Source of the DNA: Acidimicrobiia bacterium | Lineage (GTDB): Bacteria > Actinomycetota > Acidimicrobiia > Spongiisociales > ZC4RG35 | Direction: 5' to 3' | Length of the DNA stretch: 64,000 bases | NCBI GenBank assembly: GCA_965203555.1 | Contig: CBDBCY010000004.1 | Span: forward strand, 320,001-384,000 | Notes under the pieces: generated by a model | What the model was told of the DNA's origin: nothing | The model's database searches: none | What the model saw: the letters and a program-made list of their open reading frames with translations, nothing else | Translations under genes and position numbers: made by a program | Shown: positions 61,530 to 64,000 of the stretch, in pieces | Layout of the letters: each line of letters opens with the position of its first letter | Numbering within the stretch: position 1 is the first letter of the stretch

Positions 61530-62261
61530 ATGAGTCCGCAACGAACCGCGCCCACCGACGAACTGTCGGCGCGGGACTCCTATCTGGCGACCGCCGAGGG
61601 TACTGTTCGGGAGATCGTGGCGGGCGGGGTGGTGCTTGACCGGACTCCCTTCTATGTCCGAGGCGGGGGCCAACCCGGCGACACCGGAGTCATCCGCTGG
61701 CACGACGGCGAGGTTCGGGTCGCCGACACCAAACGCCGAGGAGGAAAGGTGATTCACGTAGTGTCCGAACCCGGACTGCTCGAGCCCGGCACGCCGGTGG
61801 AATCCACCATCGACTGGGACCGGCGCTATGTGATCATGCGCACCCACACCGCTCTCCATGCGCTGTCGGGAGTGGTCTGGCGAGATTACCGCGCCAAGGT
61901 GACCGGAGGGGACATGAAGGCGGGAACCGCCCGGATGGACTTCGAACTGGAAGGCATCTCCCGGGAATTCGGGCGGGAGGTGGAGAGACGTCTCAACCTG
62001 GAACTGGTCAAGGGGTATCCCGCCGAAGTCCTGTGGATGGCCCGCGCCGAGGCGCTGGCGGACCCCGACCTGATTAGAACCAAAGTCAATCTGATTCCCG
62101 AGTGGGTGCAGGATATCCGGGTAATCGACATTGTGGGACTGGACCGACAGGCCGATGGTGGGACCCATGTCCGATCCACTCTGGAAGTGGGGGAGGTGAG
62201 GGTGGTAAAAACCGAGAGCAAGGGTCGGGCCAACAAACGAATGCGCATCGCTCTTGTTTAG
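61530..62261 (+). CDS. AlaX-type alanyl-tRNA editing protein
   Basis: LDRTPFYVRGGGQPGDTG, MRTHTALH, QADGGTHV. Confidence 0.9.
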   Translation: MSPQRTAPTDELSARDSYLATAEGTVREIVAGGVVLDRTPFYVRGGGQPGDTGVIRWHDGEVRVADTKRRGGKVIHVVSEPGLLEPGTPVESTIDWDRRYVIMRTHTALHALSGVVWRDYRAKVTGGDMKAGTARMDFELEGISREFGREVERRLNLELVKGYPAEVLWMARAEALADPDLIRTKVNLIPEWVQDIRVIDIVGLDRQADGGTHVRSTLEVGEVRVVKTESKGRANKRMRIALV

Positions 62262-62280
62262 AACGCGAGGCCCCTAGCCG

Positions 62281-62871
62281 GTGTTCGATCTGATCGTTTT
62301 GGTGCTCGGGGCTCTCCTGGCGATTCGAGGTTGGAGAAAAGGCCTGCTCCGCCAGTTGGCCACCCTGGCGCCGTTCGCGCTCGGACTGCTGATCGTGGTG
62401 CGACTGACGCCGGGTTGGGCGTCCGTGGTCGAAGACTGGCTGGGGATCCCCTACGGCGCGGCGCTGCTGCTGGTGGGATTGGCGCTGTACGCGGCGGTGG
62501 GTATCGGAGGTTGGGCGGCCCTCCACGCCCTGGCCAGGGCGGCCAGGTTCCCCGGCCTCAATACCGCCGACCGCGTGGCGGGGGCCGTTTTCGGGGTGGT
62601 CTGGCTAGTTCTGGCCATCATGGCTTTGACCTGGTTTGCCTCATTTCTGCCCTTGCCCGAAAACGTAACCACCATGCTGGCCGAATCGAACGCCGTAGCC
62701 CGGATCGCCGAACCCGAGAGCCTCCCGCGCCGGGTTCTGGACGCTCTCACCAGCAACAGTTGGGACGAGATGCTGATCAAAGTGGAGGAACTCTCCGGAT
62801 CGGTCGACGATCTTCTGAGGGACCTGCTGGGAGAGCAGGCGCTGCCCGGCCAATCCCCATCTTCTCCGTGA
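62281..62871 (+). CDS. CvpA-family membrane protein
   Basis: DLIVL..RGWRKGL, DRVAGAVFG. Confidence 0.82.
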   Translation: MFDLIVLVLGALLAIRGWRKGLLRQLATLAPFALGLLIVVRLTPGWASVVEDWLGIPYGAALLLVGLALYAAVGIGGWAALHALARAARFPGLNTADRVAGAVFGVVWLVLAIMALTWFASFLPLPENVTTMLAESNAVARIAEPESLPRRVLDALTSNSWDEMLIKVEELSGSVDDLLRDLLGEQALPGQSPSSP

Positions 62872-63557
62872 CCGGGCTCGCCGAGACCATGGAGAGAGCA
62901 ATCGCGGATGTGTTCTCATCTCACCGGGACCCTGCCAGGGCGGAGGGAATGAGCGCCTACATGAAGAACCACTTCCCCTTCCTGGGGATTTCATCTCCAC
63001 AGCGCCGTCGCCTGGCGCAGACCGCCCTTTCCGGCCTGCCCCGGCCGGGCGACGGCGACCTGGCGAGATTCGCCAGGCTGTGCTGGGAGCGCCCGGAGCG
63101 GGAATACCAGTATGCAGCCATCGACCAGTTGCGCAAGGCGACCAGACGCCTCCCCTCTTGGCTCCTGGCCGAATTGAGATGGATGATCGTCACCAAGCCC
63201 TGGTGGGACTCCTGCGATCCGCTGGCGGGTACCGTGGTCGGAGGAATCGTCAAGCGCCACCCCGGATCCGAAGCGCTGATGGAGCAATGGATCCGCGATG
63301 AAAACCTTTGGTTGCGCCGAGCCGCCCTCCTCCACCAACTGAAATGGAAGGACGCCTGCGACCAGGACCGACTGTTCGGATTCTGCGAACTCACCATGGG
63401 AGAAAAGGACTTTTTCATTCGCAAGGCGATCGGATGGGCGCTGCGCCAGCATGCGCGGGTGGCGCCCCAGGAAGTGTCGCGGTTTCTGATCGAGCACCGT
63501 CCCCGATTGTCGGGGCTGTCCTTTCGCGAAGCGGCCAAGCACCTCGATCTGAGGTGA
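62868..63557 (+). CDS. DNA alkylation repair protein (AlkD-like)
   Basis: MSAYMKNHFPFLG, EREYQY, WWDSCD, FFIRKAIGWALR, REAAKHL. Confidence 0.92.
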   Translation: MTGLAETMERAIADVFSSHRDPARAEGMSAYMKNHFPFLGISSPQRRRLAQTALSGLPRPGDGDLARFARLCWERPEREYQYAAIDQLRKATRRLPSWLLAELRWMIVTKPWWDSCDPLAGTVVGGIVKRHPGSEALMEQWIRDENLWLRRAALLHQLKWKDACDQDRLFGFCELTMGEKDFFIRKAIGWALRQHARVAPQEVSRFLIEHRPRLSGLSFREAAKHLDLR

Positions 63558-63561
63558 CGGA

Positions 63562-64000
63562 ATGTCCACCGTGGGACCCGGCGGGGCCGACTGGGACGAA
63601 ATCTACGCGGGCGACGGGAGCGACACCGAATCCTTCGACCATCAGATGCTTTCCAACGCGCTGGACCTGCCGCCCGGCAAAGCACTGGATCTCGGCTGCG
63701 GCGCCGGAGGAAACGCCATAGGGCTTGCCCAGCGCGGCTGGATCACAACCGGAGTGGACTCTTCGCACAGGGCCGTCCGATCGGCCCGGATCAGCGCAGC
63801 CGAGGCCCGGGTCGAAGCCACATTCCTTCAGACGGACATGATCACCTGGAAGCCCGACGGTCTCTACGACTTGGTGGTGAGCTTGTTTGCGCTTCCTCCT
63901 CGGGGCCCTGATCGGGATGCCCTGATGTCCCTGGCCAAGCAAGCCTTGGCGCCCGGTGGGCTGATTGTTGTGGGGGAGTGGGAGACAATCGACAGCTACG
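63562..64000 (+). CDS. Class I SAM-dependent methyltransferase (3'-truncated by window edge)
   Basis: WDEIY, ALDLGCGAGGNAIGLAQRGW..GVDSS; open to the end of the window. Confidence 0.88.
   Translation, partial: MSTVGPGGADWDEIYAGDGSDTESFDHQMLSNALDLPPGKALDLGCGAGGNAIGLAQRGWITTGVDSSHRAVRSARISAAEARVEATFLQTDMITWKPDGLYDLVVSLFALPPRGPDRDALMSLAKQALAPGGLIVVGEWETIDSY

Noticed and set aside
62140-62170. AlaX QADGGTH (Asp for the Cys of CxGxH) as inactivation
   Set aside because: From recall, this variant is common in actinobacterial AlaX proteins; the HxxxH motif is intact.

Overview
GC-rich actinobacterial chromosome segment; the Pup-proteasome operon, CarD and many apparently leaderless genes suggest Acidimicrobiia-like, but taxonomy is inferred. 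Core blocks: arc-dop-pup-prcB-prcA; ispH/der; clpC; disA-carD-ispF-cysS-rlmB; three tRNAs (Pro-GGG, Ile2-CAT, Thr-TGT). An accessory-looking stretch of about 21 kb follows tRNA-Ile2. It holds redox and catabolic genes, a five-gene binding-protein/TorS-like kinase/partner-switching module, and a decaying defence locus (MAD3/MAD4-like pair plus an hsdR scrap). Signals the ORF track misses: (1) two probable selenoprotein genes split at an in-frame TGA with SECIS-like hairpins (AhpD-like CxxU at 17880, peroxiredoxin-like UxxC at 58436); (2) a ~370-bp element after tRNA-Thr in which a frameshifted tnpB 3' fragment sits between 24-bp inverted repeats and TAAAGA direct repeats, unlike canonical IS200/IS605 elements; (3) a queuosine-salvage (Qng1-like) gene divergent from a nucleoside-type ABC importer plus P450; (4) an AroQ-hydrolase fusion, a Glu-less lytic transglycosylase-like protein, and a CarD with a basic N-terminal tail. 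No CRISPR array or rRNA was seen. All family assignments come from motif recognition by eye, not from database searches.
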